This document shows, in pieces, positions 1 to 13,225 of a stretch of DNA of 43,676 nt. The translations under genes were made by a program, and so were the position numbers. A model generated the notes under the pieces. That model was not told the origin of the DNA. It saw nothing but the letters and a program-made list of their open reading frames with translations, and ran no database searches. The DNA lies in assembly GCA_000165425.1 (NCBI GenBank), contig CT868085.1, forward strand, positions 558,001 to 601,676. The letters are read 5' to 3'. How positions within the stretch are numbered: position 1 is the stretch's first letter; each line of letters opens with the position of its first letter. Source of the stretch: Paramecium tetraurelia. Its lineage: Eukaryota.

Positions 1-125
1 ACCATGGCACTATCGTAGGATAACCCTTTTAATGGAGTGATTTAGGAGGCGATCAAATTAAACCCTTAGAAAATTGTAATAAAAACTATAAATTGAGTTC
101 GTCTATTTATATAATTATATTTATA

Positions 126-827
126 ATGATTACTCGCAGTGAAATTAAGGGATTTCTGCCCCAAAGTATTAGTAAACAATATAAAACAGAACCGATAGAT
201 CAGAATATCAGCGATCTCTCCTTCAGTTTCACACACAGTTTGAAGAGTAGTGTGAAGCCGAAGTTAAACGATTCAATACAATTCGAAACCCAGATATCTT
301 AGAGAATTCAAGTTAAACCTCCTCTAACATCAAAGAGCAACAAAAAGTTCTCGATCCCAATAATCAGAGATAAAACAAACTTTAATTCTGGATTGATTAG
401 TGATTAAATGTCTACTCCTAGATCGAAATTGTAAGACTGTAAATTTTAACTAATTCATCTCAAGCTGTAAAACTAACAAAACCAAAAGATCAACAAGCAA
501 ATATTGATTGAGAAATTATCTAAGCAATTGAAACAATCTTCAACAACCAACATCCCAAAATCAAAAGAGATGATGTAAATTGAGTTGTTATTAGCTGCAT
601 ACAATTAATTACACTTAAGTCATTCAAAGTTGAAACAGGAGAACAAGACTTTAGAATAAGAAATCACAATATGGAAATCAAAGTATCAGGATTTGGAAAA
701 AAAGACAAAATCAAACATCCATTCTAAAAGTACATCATTATAAGTGTAATTCAATAAGCCAATTAATTAAAATATATAAGAGAGATTAAAAACACAATCA
801 AATTCTTTTAAGTTCTCCTTATATTGA
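126..827 (+). CDS. Hypothetical protein (233 aa, K/Q/S-rich, C-terminal coiled coil)
   Basis: Ciliate-code ORF from ATG126 to TGA825-827, reading through many TAA/TAG(Gln). The frame is also open from position 3, so the true start may lie further upstream. Confidence 0.7.
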
Positions 828-871
828 TTTATATAATTCATACTATATTTATACATATATATTTAGATTAG

Positions 872-2052
872 TCATTGTTTTCTTGATCCAAAATTACTTA
901 AGCTTGGATACTCCCCATAATTATTTCTCATCTGTCTCTGTGATCCAAACTATTGTTAACTTTATTGCAAGTAATTATTGGAACCAGGAGACTGATTCAT
1001 GTATTAGGCTTGCTATGAAATCTCAAGTCCCCCTTTTGTTTGACTTTATGAAATCTTCTGTTCAGATTATCTTATTGATGCTTTACTATTTATAGCCGAT
1101 CCAGCATTAGATTTCGAAGTAGTTATTTCTGGGGGAGCCAACTTGTGAATATTCAAGTATTCCGGTAGATCATAATTAACTACTTTTAGAAACTCAGAAA
1201 TAAATCCTCCTAATTAAGAACTAGATTTATGTATAAATTAGTACGATTTCTCAGAATCAAAACTAACTTTGGTTTAATGAAGAGCATATCTCTCTGTGAA
1301 TTCTTATGCTTGTAGAAAATATTGTTCATTTTCCTGTAAAGTTTTGGATTTCAAAAATCGTATGAGTGGTCTCATGCAATCCTGATTCTTTAAATTATCT
1401 AATAATTCAACATGTGAATTCCATCTATCTTGAATTACCTATTTGAAGAATTGAGCATCTCGTTTATAATTTTCAATATTTTTTATATGCTTTCCTTGGA
1501 CATCTATGAGCAATGAATTGAAATGTTATTCAATTATCTTAATGATCCTCTCCTTCTTCTCATTTAATAGTTTTATGCATTACATGTTCATTTGGTCAGC
1601 CATTAATACAGAATTAGTAATATTCTAAAAGCAAGATGCCAATTTATTAGCTTATAATATATATGATCTAAAGGTACCTTCATTATGCACTGTCAATTAT
1701 ATTTTATTTAAGACATTTTCCAGACTATCCAATTTAGGTTTGGACTGCGATTCAAAATGCTCCTGCACATGTTAAGGAATACATTCAGGACATAATGGGA
1801 AACAACATCCTTCAAGTTAACAGAAGTTAGTATAATTATATCCTTAATGATTGTAGCAATTAATCTAATTGCAATTTAAATAAACAATACTCTTGGTATG
1901 TTGTGAGTGTTAAATTCATTACAATGCTCGAGAATTTTAGGTACTTATAAAACGCTTGACACCAATTTTGTTTCACACATTGGATTATTGGCCTATTATT
2001 ATTAAGTTATCTATCCAAGAGAAGTGACTGAAGCTTGATATCCCTTTGACAT
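872..2052 (-). CDS. B-box-type zinc-finger protein
   Basis: ATG2052, then a 26-nt intron (gtattg..aattag), then CYNHQGYNYTNFCQLEGCCFPLCPECIPQHVQEH (B-box-like C/H spacing) and a helical region; TGA at 872-874. Confidence 0.75.
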
Positions 2053-2102
2053 GACTGTTATAATAATATATTAAATATTAAATATTAATATAGTTATAAG
2101 AT

Positions 2103-3231
2103 TCACAGCTCTAAGAGTTGAGTGATTTAGACTTTATTACCTTCTACTTCTTCATCATTAAGCCATTTTATTCTCTGCCCATTTTGCCACATTCCAATTC
2201 TATATTATTTTTCACTCTGGTAATATATTCCAACACCAGATTATTTTCCATTAATCCAAGTACCTGCATATTTCCTACCATCTCCAAAATAGAACAAACC
2301 TCTACCTTGTTTTTTATCTTATTAATAATTCTTTAATAAAAAAAGAAAATACTCCTTTGTAGCATTTTCCATCTGGCCATTTAAGAGTGCCTTCTCCATG
2401 CATTTTGTTATCTAACCAATTCCCAACATATTCTCTTCCATCTGGCCATTTATAAACCCCAAATCCAGAAATTTCGTTGTCAATAAAATTACCTTTCCTT
2501 TACATTGAATTTTACCTTCATAACTAGCAGTATCAACAAAGGTTAATTGTCCTTTGCCATTCTTTTTACCAAATTAATACTAGCCTTCGTACTTTGCTCC
2601 ATCGGGCCAGACTTCAATACCATAACCATGTTGATTGTCGTTAAGCCATTCACCCTCATACCTGGCTCCATTAAAATGCACGTAAGTTCCTTTACCACAA
2701 GCTGCATCATCTACCCATTCACCATCATAGATGTCTCCGTCAGCATGTATTAGTTTTCCCTTGATTTTAAAAGTCGCTTACTTATCCATTTGATTTATCT
2801 TGTTTCCATTAACCTTCATAGATTGATCCATCTGGCCATATCTATTTTCCATAGCCATCTCTCATGCCACTGAGCCATTGTCCTTCATATTTGGTTCCGT
2901 TTGGCATTAACATAATCTAGTTAAGTTGAAAAAGTACTGGAAGTAATTTACGCTCTTTAGTTTGGATGGTGTCGACAACTTATTAGGGTATGGGATGTTG
3001 GGTTGTAATCAAATTTTAGGAGATCTCTTGGTTGGAGACTTTGCTGCGCATTGAATTCTTCATAATGGCTGAGTCAAAATCATTGTTAATAAGGGCATCT
3101 ATTTTATCTGAGTTCTAATCTTTTTGAGGTTTGTGATGCTTGATGGAAACCTGAATGGATCTTGTCGATATTTTTTATGATGTCAATTCATCCTTTTAAC
3201 AACATTATGTAGCACATTTACATTAACCCAT
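2103..3231 (-). CDS. MORN-repeat protein with N-terminal acylation motif
   Basis: Starts MGQCKCATQCC. Tandem MORN repeats such as [35 protein letters not shown], several short introns, TGA at 2103-2105. Confidence 0.88.
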
Positions 3232-3266
3232 TTAAATATTTATATTTGTAATATTATTATGATAGC

Positions 3267-3554
3267 TCATCTATTTCTAGCATTGATAATTTTATTGCCC
3301 TTTCTCCTTAATTGCTTCTTCCTTGCTCTTTTCTTCTTCTTACTCAGACAATCCAAAACTGCAATCGATTACTCACAGTAATGATTGATTATAGGATCTT
3401 ATGCGTTTGATGCAAAAATCTAACTCTGAGGTACCTAGTATCTCTGAATACGCAGAGCTTGCAAATAGACTGATGGCGAATATAAGGTTGATGATGACAT
3501 CAATCTGGGATAAGGAATTGCAAATCTTCCCATTTATGAAAACAGTCTTTGCAT
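3267..3554 (-). CDS. Small basic protein (95 aa), candidate mitochondrial ribosomal protein mS38-like
   Basis: Intronless. MQRLFSQMGRFAIPYPRLMSSS is presequence-like (no acidic residues); C-terminus LDCLSKKKKRARKKQLRRKGNKIINARNR is highly basic. The family call is inferred from this architecture only. Confidence 0.65.
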
Positions 3555-3599
3555 TTTGAATAATAAATAAATAAATAAATAAATAATAACAGAGCAAGA
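3555..3599. promoter_or_regulatory. 45-nt divergent intergenic region with (TAAA)5 microsatellite
   Basis: Lies between ATG3554(-) and ATG3600(+); TAAA x5 at 3564-3583. Confidence 0.5.
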
Positions 3600-4765
3600 A
3601 TGAAGAACAATCTTTTTGGAGGAATCCCATTCAATTGTGGTGAAAGATATAGGTTGATAAAACTGGTTGGTACAGGTGCCTATGGTTCAGTGGTTCTGGG
3701 TTTTGATCAATAAAACTAGAATATGAAAGTTTAATCATACTCCTATATGCATAGGTGGCTATCAAGAAACTCAATTAAATCGAAGATGTCATTGATGCAA
3801 AAAGAATCCTAAGGGAAATCAAAATCCAAAGATCAATGAATCATTAAAATATTCTCAAAATATATGACATTATTTACGACAAAAAGACTGATCGATTTGG
3901 AGATATTTATATAGTAAGTCCCTACTTTCCAGTTGACCTCGATAAAATTATTAAAAGCAGTCAAGAATTGACAGTCACTCAAGTCTAATTTATTATGTAT
4001 CAACTATGCAAGGGACTCTACTATTTGCATTCCTCTGGTTCCATTCATAGAGATATCAAGCCAGGAAATATATTGGCAAATGAAAAATGCGAAGTTTGCT
4101 ATTGTGATTTTGGCTTTGCTAGAAAGTACGATGAACTTCATGATTAATTCGAAGAGAACATGACTGAATACGTAGTCACTCGATATTACAGAGCCCCTGA
4201 AATCATGTTATCTAGTTAATAATACTCAAAACCAGTAGACATCTGGTCTTTGGGATGCACCTTCGCTGAACTTATGAGTCGCAAAACTCTCTTCAATGCT
4301 CCAAATTACATACAAATGCTTAAGATGTTCTTTAATATCTTAGGCAAACCCTCTGATGATGAACTTAATCAATTTGTTACCAATGAAAATGCTCATTCCT
4401 TTCTGTAAACCTTGCCCCCAAAACCAAAGCAACCTGCATCAAATAGTGTTCCATATCCTGATCCTAAAGCCAGAGATCTACTTGATTAGATGCTTGAAAT
4501 CAACCCAAAAAACAGAATTACTGCTTAAAAAGTATGCATTATCTCACATTAGTGTTTAGAACACCCTTTTTTCGAGTCGATTAGAAACCAAGCAGAAGAA
4601 ATCACATTTGCTGGTAACCTAGAATGCGATTTTGAAAATGATGATTCTATTACCCTAAACAATTTGAAACAACTAATTTTGATTGAAATCAATCAAATCA
4701 AAGCAAAGAATAATGAAGCATAAATTGTTATCGAAGAAGAGATGAAAAGACTTAACCTTTATTGA
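3600..4765 (+). CDS. Mitogen-activated protein kinase (TEY activation loop)
   Basis: [55 protein letters not shown]; short introns near 3729 and 4532; TGA 4763-4765. Confidence 0.95.
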
Positions 4766-5725
4766 TTTATTTAATTATAACAAATATTAAAATATTTAAT
4801 CATCTTATTTTTATTCTTGATTTCATCACAATCCTTTTGTTTATTATTAAATATATAAAATTTATGTATTAAATGTATCATAAATTTTAAGGTATTAAAA
4901 TTAATGAATATAATTTGGTTTATGTGTTTTGATTCTGAGAAAAGTCTAAATTGAAATTGCAACTTCAATTTCTGGCTTAGAATAATATTATAATAAAGAC
5001 CCTATTATTATTTCTGGAATATTTGGAAGCCATTATAATATTATTAGATTGTAAGTTTATTTCATTTATTGAAATTTAATAACAATATTAGCTTTATGTG
5101 ATATATAAGGACTAACTCGAAAGTATTTGGTATTATTATATAGATCAATTTAATAAAGATACCAAATTAGTTAATTTAATCTCAGAATTTACTACTTAAA
5201 TAGTACTATATTCTAATTAATCACTTAAAATTTTCTAATTAAATAAATTAATAATAATAATCATTTGAGTTAATGTAAGTTAGAAATAAAGGTTAGACAT
5301 ATTTAACTACTTGATTATCTTGATTTAATTAACATACATAACCATTAAAGTGTTGATAATTATTTAATCTATTGATTATTATTAAATAAATAAGTATTGC
5401 AGGATTGCTTGAATAAAGACTTGGAACTATGTTATTGAGATTAGATATAGTTTTATATTTGAATTAGTAAGTTGATTAAATTCACTTATAAATGTCTTTT
5501 ATAATAACTTTTTTTAGAATTGAAATTCATTACTTATTATTTAATAAGTAGTAGAATTTAGGTTTTAATAACATGTTTTATTATTCGATAAATAATTTAA
5601 TGCAAATCCATCAGGCTTAGTAAGTTAATTACTTTACACTACATTCTTATGGAAATGTAATTTGATCTTAATTAACTTATGAAAAACAACTACTGAAAAA
5701 TAATTTTAAGATAACAATAAAAATA

Positions 5726-6218
5726 ATGATTTCTTAGCAATTAAAGGTGGGATTCTATGATAATACAATTCCTAAATTTAAAATATAATTGACTAATCGT
5801 CCTACTTATGAAAAACAATCGATGAATCTAAGAAGAAAAATGGAGATTGGCATCAAATAGGAGTCAATTTAAATCTAACAGTTATAGAAATAACAAAATC
5901 ATTTATGGAGATTAAGGGTTTAGAATACTTAAGAATATCATAAAAAGCAGAGCAATCTAATATTTCGATCAAATACAATTAATATTAAGAATTCTAATTC
6001 ATTAAACAGCCAAAAATGCGTTCATCTCATATATAAAAGTCCTTAAAAAGCAATCACAGAAAGGGGGAAACATCAGAAGCCGAATGTAAAATAATTTGAA
6101 TTAATTTAAGGAGATAGGTTTAATTAATAGATCCTTGGATTGTCAAAATATGAATGAAATATTGAATGATAGAAACTAGATATACAAAAGAAGAACCTTA
6201 AGATTAAGTTTGGTTTGA
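5726..6218 (+). CDS. Hypothetical basic protein
   Basis: ORF from ATG5726. Removing the 25-nt intron gtaaaataatttgaattaatttaag (6086-6110) extends it to TGA6216-6218; unspliced it stops at 6157. Confidence 0.5.
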
Positions 6219-6240
6219 TTTATTCATATTTTAACTTTTA

Positions 6241-7929
6241 TCATATTATTTTCTTTGGGATAAGGAGATTGGTTGATGTAGCAATGTTATTCTTGGGAGA
6301 TGTCACTAGATTTGTAATTGTATTTCTTCCATAAAACCTCTGTGTATTGATAGGAGGAATTTGAGTTCTGTCGTAGGTTTCCACTCTGTTCCTGAAAGTA
6401 CCTGCCTCTAAAGTTGAATCATTATTCAGTCTATTCAAACCCATAAAAAAAGATGTCTCTGATTTTCGGAATGAATTTTGTTTGACAATAGGTTTTTATT
6501 TTTGTTTGATGGGACTAAGGGATACTTATGTTGATTCAGTAAGTGCAGGCAAAAGGATTTTATTTGATTAGGATCCTCTTAGATGTTTTTTTGGAGACTC
6601 TGGATCTTTTGGAACAATGAATTATTCATTATCAACACTGAATTATTATTGTAGTTTGATTTTTTTTAATTCTCTAATTGGTGATTCATTTGTTTAATTG
6701 AGGATGGCATTCAATTAATAATGTTTTCCCTTGTATGGGATGTTATTGAGTGTACGAAATGATTTTAAAATTTTGGTAGGTCTTTGTATTGATAATTTAT
6801 TGAAGAATTGTTGGATTTTAGGACTGTTGGTATCTTCGCATTCCTGTTCATAATTGTCTTCATCAAACTCTACAATTGATATTTTGAATTCTCCTAAATC
6901 AGTTTTGGATTAAATTGGCGACTGTTTGATTGAATCTTGTTGAACTTGATTTAAAAATAAAACAGCCTTGAAGTATTAAAAAACCTAATTGTAATAAAAA
7001 CGATACTTTCTTTTTTAATTCTTGGCAAGTACCAAATTCTTTAACACTCATTGGAATAGGATGATTAAAATTACGAGTGATCCAAGGATGAACCAATGCT
7101 TAAGCAGCTGTATATCGAGAATCCTAATCGTATTGCAACAACCTTTGGAGGAGATCTCTTGCCAATGGGGATGCATGTAAGGGTTGCTCATATTTAAGGT
7201 CTGGAAAACTATTGATGAACTCCTTTTTGGTTGAAATTCGAGGATAAAATGGATGTTTGCCTTGATTTAATAGCATAAACAAGACGACACCACACGACCA
7301 CATATCAACAGCTTTGTTGTATGCTTTATTTAAAATTTATTCAGGTGCCATAAATATAAATGTGCCACATTATTACGAAACTGTTTGATAATATCGAATT
7401 TCAGGCATGTACTGATAACTCAAGCCGAAGTCAGCAATCTTAACACTCGAAAGATCCTCACTATTTTTAATTAAGATATTATCTAATCATGTTACTATTC
7501 AAACAAATACCTGGTTTAATATCTCGATGGATAATCTATTTGGAATGGAGATATTCTATAGCTGTGAATATTGATTTCATGATGCCACTTATTGTTTGCT
7601 CCTCTAAACTTTTTTTCATATAATCACTCAGAGAACCACCTCCAGCATATTCCATTATCAAATACTGACTGTTTCCCTGTTTAAAATACTATTTTTAATC
7701 TCAACAATCTAAACCTTGTAAAATTTAATAATGTTTTTGTGTTTCAGACTTTCCATAATTGATGTTTCCTATAATTATGCCCCTTGCATACACTATTCAT
7801 TTCACATTTATTTACTTTTATTGCTACTTCTTCTCCTTTGTACGAGGCCTTGTACACTTGTCCAAATGCCCCTTCACCAATTTTCTCAATTATTTTTAGC
7901 TCCTTTTCCTTCAGAAAATCATGTTTCAT
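6241..7929 (-). CDS. CAMK-group Ser/Thr protein kinase with low-complexity C-terminal tail
   Basis: IGEGAFGQV, VAIK, LIMEYAGGG, IIHRDIKP, KIADFGLS, CGTFIFMAPE, VDMWSCGV, LVHPWI; several short introns; no EF-hands seen. Confidence 0.93.
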
Positions 7930-8175
7930 ATTAATTATTATAAATTAAATATATATAGCTACTAAGAATCTTAATTTATCAGAGCACAGTGTAAGTTAAT
8001 AATCACTTATTTAATCCCAATTTTAAGTTGAAATCAATCTATATTTAGTTCATCCAAGCTCACAACCTATCCAATAGATATGATCATACTGATAAATCTT
8101 CAAGGTACAGAATTGAAATAAATTAAGTATTTAAAGTCATAATCTGTATAAATATATTTTAACTAAAATTACGTA

Positions 8176-8721
8176 ATGACCAATATGCGATTTAGTTTAG
8201 ACGCATCTTTCCATTCCTACTAGTTTTGTGATATCGAAATTAATGACAGGACTCAAAATCTCCCACATTTTGAACCCATTCACATACTCTCTCAACAAAA
8301 TAAATTTAACAACTTAAAAAAAGAAATAAAGCTGTCTCCCTTAATCAACTATGATAATAATAACACTTCATTAATGTATTATTAAATAAAAGTTTAAAAA
8401 ATGAGAGTTAAAAAGGCAATATAATCCAGGAGTTCTAAATACCGCAGAATACCTGATTTGGATTATAATTCCAATCTAAGAATCATATAACCTTCCTCAA
8501 AGACTATGAAAATTACTCAAAGAATATCTTCATAACCATAGCGATTGCCCACCAAATCCTTTTGTGATTTCAAAGATGGCAAAGTCTATCAACAAAAAGT
8601 ACAAACAAAAATTAAAACTCGATTACCTAGCATCGAAAAACATCAAATCGAAACCCTATCTAAAAGCTCTTTGAATTGTTGGACAAGATAGACCACTTCC
8701 AGTTTATTTCAAGAAAACTGA
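8176..8721 (+). CDS. Hypothetical basic protein (181 aa) ending LNCWT..
   Basis: Intronless ciliate-code ORF ATG8176-TGA8721; K/R/S/Q-rich with a single Trp near the C-terminus. Confidence 0.7.
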
Positions 8722-9172
8722 TGACTAAACTTTATGTATATAGAATAATCAAATTATATATTTATCGTTATTTAGATTGCCAATATTCCAATTCTGTCCA
8801 TATAATTGTAACTCGAACTCTTAAATTATTGAAGCATATTAGACAAAATTTATATTGTAGAACAAAAAGGATTTCAAAAGATATCTCTTTTATCTTTTGA
8901 AATAAGTTAAATATTAAAAATCCAATGCAATATAGAGAGTTTTTCTGCATCTGCCTCAAATTGAAGCCATTTCTGGATTCCTATTGATATAACATTTAAT
9001 ATTATTATACTCACCAAAATTTAAATTTGGAATGGATTATCAATTTCTAAATGTTACTTCATCAGAATTAACTCTCTCAGATTGTATTAGTGTTTTGATA
9101 ACCATTCATTCTCATTTAAAATTTTGTATATTTTTTCAGAGAACACACAAAAAATCATTAAATAATAATTAA

Positions 9173-10132
9173 ATGAATCGAATTCATCATTATTCAGGAT
9201 TAGACAGTCGGCAAAAATCTGGATAGGAAGGAACAGAGCCAGCATCTACGAATAATAGGCTTACTAGAAGTTTAGGGAAGAGCAGATCTTCCTTTAATAA
9301 CAGCGTTTCCCAATCAATTACTAGTTCGATATAGAAGGGAAAATCTTATTACTTGAATCAATTAGAAGCGTACTATAATATGCATTTAATTGAAATATTG
9401 GCAGGTTCGTTTTTAGTTAATTAAGGGGTTGTCTCCGATAGATGAGAAGATGGAATTGCTCAATAAATTTAAGGAATTGTTCCAATAGATAGTCGAGTAA
9501 TTATAAGACCTACTATTCCTTATTAAATAAGTTGATTTTGAAGCTCCCAACTTTGAAGAACTGTATTAGACGGATGCTGAATATTTCAGTGAGACTGTAT
9601 ATAGGGATATAAAGGTATCTTTATTTCCCCATATATTAGCATCTTGAATAACAACACTATGATCTAATTTACTCATCTAGTTTAAGATTTTTACCAAATA
9701 TTTTAGATTGTCTCTAATATAATTTCGAAATTGATATTTATGAATTTGATATCCGTAATTGGGCATAGTAAGGATTGGATCATATTCTGAAATTTAGTGG
9801 ATTAAGAAGATCATTTCGTTAACCTGTTGGTTGCTGTTAAAGATATTGCAAATGCATAGCAGATTTATTTAAAGGGAATAGACAAAGAAGATGAAAAAAT
9901 TCAACAATTAATAAAAACAACCAATTAATTGTTACTGAATATGATTAAATTTATGTAACTAACTATTCATCATAATTCCATATTTATGGCTAAATTTTCG
10001 AATGAAATTTAGGATATTTGATAGCAATAAACAGAGAAACATCAATTAAATTTTCCTGAAGATTTAGCGTATTTGCAATCATTTTCTATTTTAAAGGAAC
10101 CAGAAGCATTGGGTGGCTTCATTCCATTATGA
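9173..10132 (+). CDS. Hypothetical helical protein (3' end uncertain: 9894 or 10132)
   Basis: ATG9173 with introns near 9405 and 9615. Splicing the 25-nt gttaacctg..ttaaag extends the frame to TGA10130-10132; otherwise it stops at 9894. Confidence 0.55.
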
Positions 10133-10342
10133 GTTATTCTCTCTGGTGGTCTTAGATTTATGCTACGCCTTTATTAAGATCGAATTGTATATTAATTATT
10201 TTGGCATTATTTTGGATCATTCAGAGATTGTCTTAAATTAATTATTAATAGTCCTCATCTATCTTACATTATGTATTCTGTATCATAAATTAATATCTAA
10301 TATTTCCTAAATAGAAATAAAGTCTTTCATTAATATTAATCC

Positions 10343-11919
10343 ATGATAATGAATGAATTGTACATCGATAATTACAAGATAATATTGAATGAAATTCTTG
10401 GAAAAGGAGTCTATGGAACAGTCTATGGTTGTCGGTCATTAACCGAACCTCAGCTCCTTTTATGTGCAAAAGTAAGAAAATACAATATTTTAGAAAATGA
10501 TGATCTCAGATAAATCAATATAAACTTGTGCAGAAAGGGAAAAATAGATTTCAGAAATCATTTCTTAACATCAATCTAATCAAAACATAGTCAAAGTTTA
10601 TTACGTAAAATATCTACCAGAATAGAAAGTATTGATAATTATTATGGAAAAATGTGATGCTAATTTAAAATAGTACTTAGAATTAAAAGATCCAAAAACT
10701 TTTAGTGAGAATGAATTTCTTGATTTTTTAGATTAATTCTTAACTGGATATTCTTTTCTTTTTGATCGAGACATAATACATAGAGATATTAAACCAGAAA
10801 ACATATTAATTAAAAGAGAAAAAAAAATAATTTATAAGCTATCTGACTTTGGAACAGCAAAAATTTATAAAGCTAACGATTTTGAATTTACTAAAATTGG
10901 CACACCTGCTTATGTAGCACCTGAAATAAATTCATAACTTAATGACTGCGAAGTTTATAATAATTTTGTAAATTTGAAAAAATTCTAACATTCGAAAAGT
11001 CAAGTAGATGTTTATTCAGTATTAATACATTATAAAAATTAGCTTGGTTTAATTCTTTATGAGATGACATATGGTAAACTTCCTTTTGAGAAAAGATTAG
11101 ATTCTATTGTGGATTTTGCATAAAAAATAAAAGCTAATCCTTTGATATTACCAGGAGCCTCAAAATTCAAGGAAATCATTGCGAAAATGTTAGTATACTA
11201 TCCTGATTAAAGATTGTCTTTTGAATATTTGTATAAATTTGTCAAAGATTATAAAAAAGAGTCAGGTCATTGTCCAAGTCCAATCTAATTTAAAATTGAT
11301 ATTGGAAATTGTAATCTCAGAAAAAATATTAAAGTATAGAACACACCATTTAGCCACAAAATTAACATATAAAATAATCCTAATTAAATAAATTAACCTC
11401 ATATTTAACCTAATCCACATCCTTTTTAATAGAAACCGAATTAATTTGCAGGGGTTTAGAATCATTTTTAGCCAAATTAAGCTCCAAATTAAAATTTACC
11501 ACCTCCTCCATAATAAATTCCTGATCCAATTTAAATATAACAACCTATTCGTAGTTCTATTCCTCCACAATAAAAGATAAAAGAATATATGCAATTTATA
11601 TTGTAATTGTAAAAAGCTTAAACTTAGAAATGATCATGGTGACCTAATTAAGGAAGAAATCAAAATGTGTTTTTCATTTTATGTTAAAAACTCAACTTTT
11701 TCATTTGAATAACTAAGAGACTTAATACGAATTTTTAAGAGGTAAATACAAAACCCAGATAATTGCTAAAGCTAAACCTTATATTTTTTCTACTGCATAC
11801 TTTCTCTACTTAATGGTAATGAAGTTCTAAATCTTCAGTTCTTTCAAGATAAGTAATTAAAAGTAGAAATTCAAACAATATACAAGAGTTTAGTTGATAA
11901 AGGGACTTTATAATATTGA
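10343..11919 (+). CDS. Ser/Thr protein kinase with P/Q/N-rich linker
   Basis: LGKGVYGTVY, IIMEKCD, IIHRDIKPENILI, KLSDFGTAK, GTPAYVAPE, DVYS/LGLILYEM; four short introns; TGA 11917-11919. Confidence 0.9.
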
Positions 11920-12676
11920 TATTAAATAATATTATATTTTATAGAAATGAATGATTACTTATATGATTATTATATTTGGTTTTGAATAAGGTTATGGAAA
12001 GTATTTGCAAGCACTTTTGCTCTTAAACATTTCAATAAGAATACTAAAATCAGTTTAAGTAGATTATAACAGTTTACATTACTGAAATAAATGATTTCTT
12101 GAAATATCATAATATTTTGAGAAAAGAATTTAGATTTAACAGATATCTCATTAGTTATATTATTTATAATAAATTAAATGTGAATCTATCAAAATTGTTA
12201 TTTTTTTGGAAATGCGACAAATTAATAGATACACAGGAGCGTCGGCTTTCAAATAAATATTTTATATCAATGGTTTTAAGTACTATGTATAAGTCTTAGT
12301 TTATATAAATTTCAAAAATACATGCTGACAGTGCTTGATTTTATTAAGCTCAAGATTTCTATGATTCCTAAATAGAGTATTTTTGTTTTATATAAAATGA
12401 TGATAATAATTATTGATTAAGTAGAGTATTTATTGCTGCAAATATATCAATAAATAGAAAAGAATGCTAAAACGGATTATTTATAGAATATGAATTAATA
12501 CACAATAATAAACTTAAATTGTACATTTGTTTGGATTATAATATAAATGAATCTTTTTATAAAAATATTATTATAATATTAATGACGTAAATTAATATTA
12601 CTGAAAACTAGTAAATAGGAAGTCTTAAACTAATTCAATAATAGGGATAATTAATTTAAATTAAAAATAAAGAGAA

Positions 12677-13225
12677 ATGTACGGAAATAAAAACAAAAAC
12701 GCAGCACTGATATCAATTTACTGTCAGAGATACAAAATGAGATTAAACTCAACCCCTCATGTCATTGCTAATTAACTGTCCATAAACAATTTAAGTGGGT
12801 AGAGAGTGTAAACTGACTCAGCATAAATTCGAAGAATCAAAACAATGAGAAGTCAGAGATCTAAGTTATATTACAAGTCTGAGAGCAGAGAACCAATTAA
12901 ATTTTCTAATTCATCCAAATTTTCATCAATTGATTCAAGAAAACATTCAAATTATGATTCTCATGTCAATACATCAACTTCTGACAATGAAGACAAGGCT
13001 TTGACGATATCAAAAATGATCTTTTCCGTAAAGTCCCCTCTTTAAAGTTTAAGGTTTTAAGGATTTACTCTTGACAAAAAGCCTTCAAATATTGAAATGA
13101 ACAGAAGGAAAACATTAAGAAATTCTTTATTTGCAAACTCTTATAAGAATTAACATTTTTTAATGACCGGAAATGAATGTGGTTGGTCTAGAAAATCTTC
13201 AGAAAGTCTTATCTATCTATGTTGA
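12677..13225 (+). CDS. Hypothetical basic protein (182 aa) ending ECGWS..
   Basis: Intronless ORF ATG12677-TGA13225; S/K/R-rich with a single Trp near the C-terminus. Confidence 0.72.

Noticed and set aside
1..125. 3' end of an upstream gene (QEAIKLNPQ, TPR-like) or 5' extension of the 126-827 ORF
   Set aside because: Too little sequence; several frames are open and cannot be distinguished.
8770..9158. Possible small minus-strand gene starting MIFCVFSEK
   Set aside because: Splicing and stop are ambiguous and there is no recognisable motif; cannot be supported without transcripts.
10130..10345. Frame continuing past TGA10130 into the downstream kinase (possible readthrough fusion)
   Set aside because: About 70 TGA-free codons is unremarkable in this code, and the kinase has its own ATG after an AT-rich leader.
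11994..12338. 114-aa plus-strand ORF
   Set aside because: With one stop codon, ORFs of this length arise easily by chance; no motif, and composition resembles intergenic DNA.
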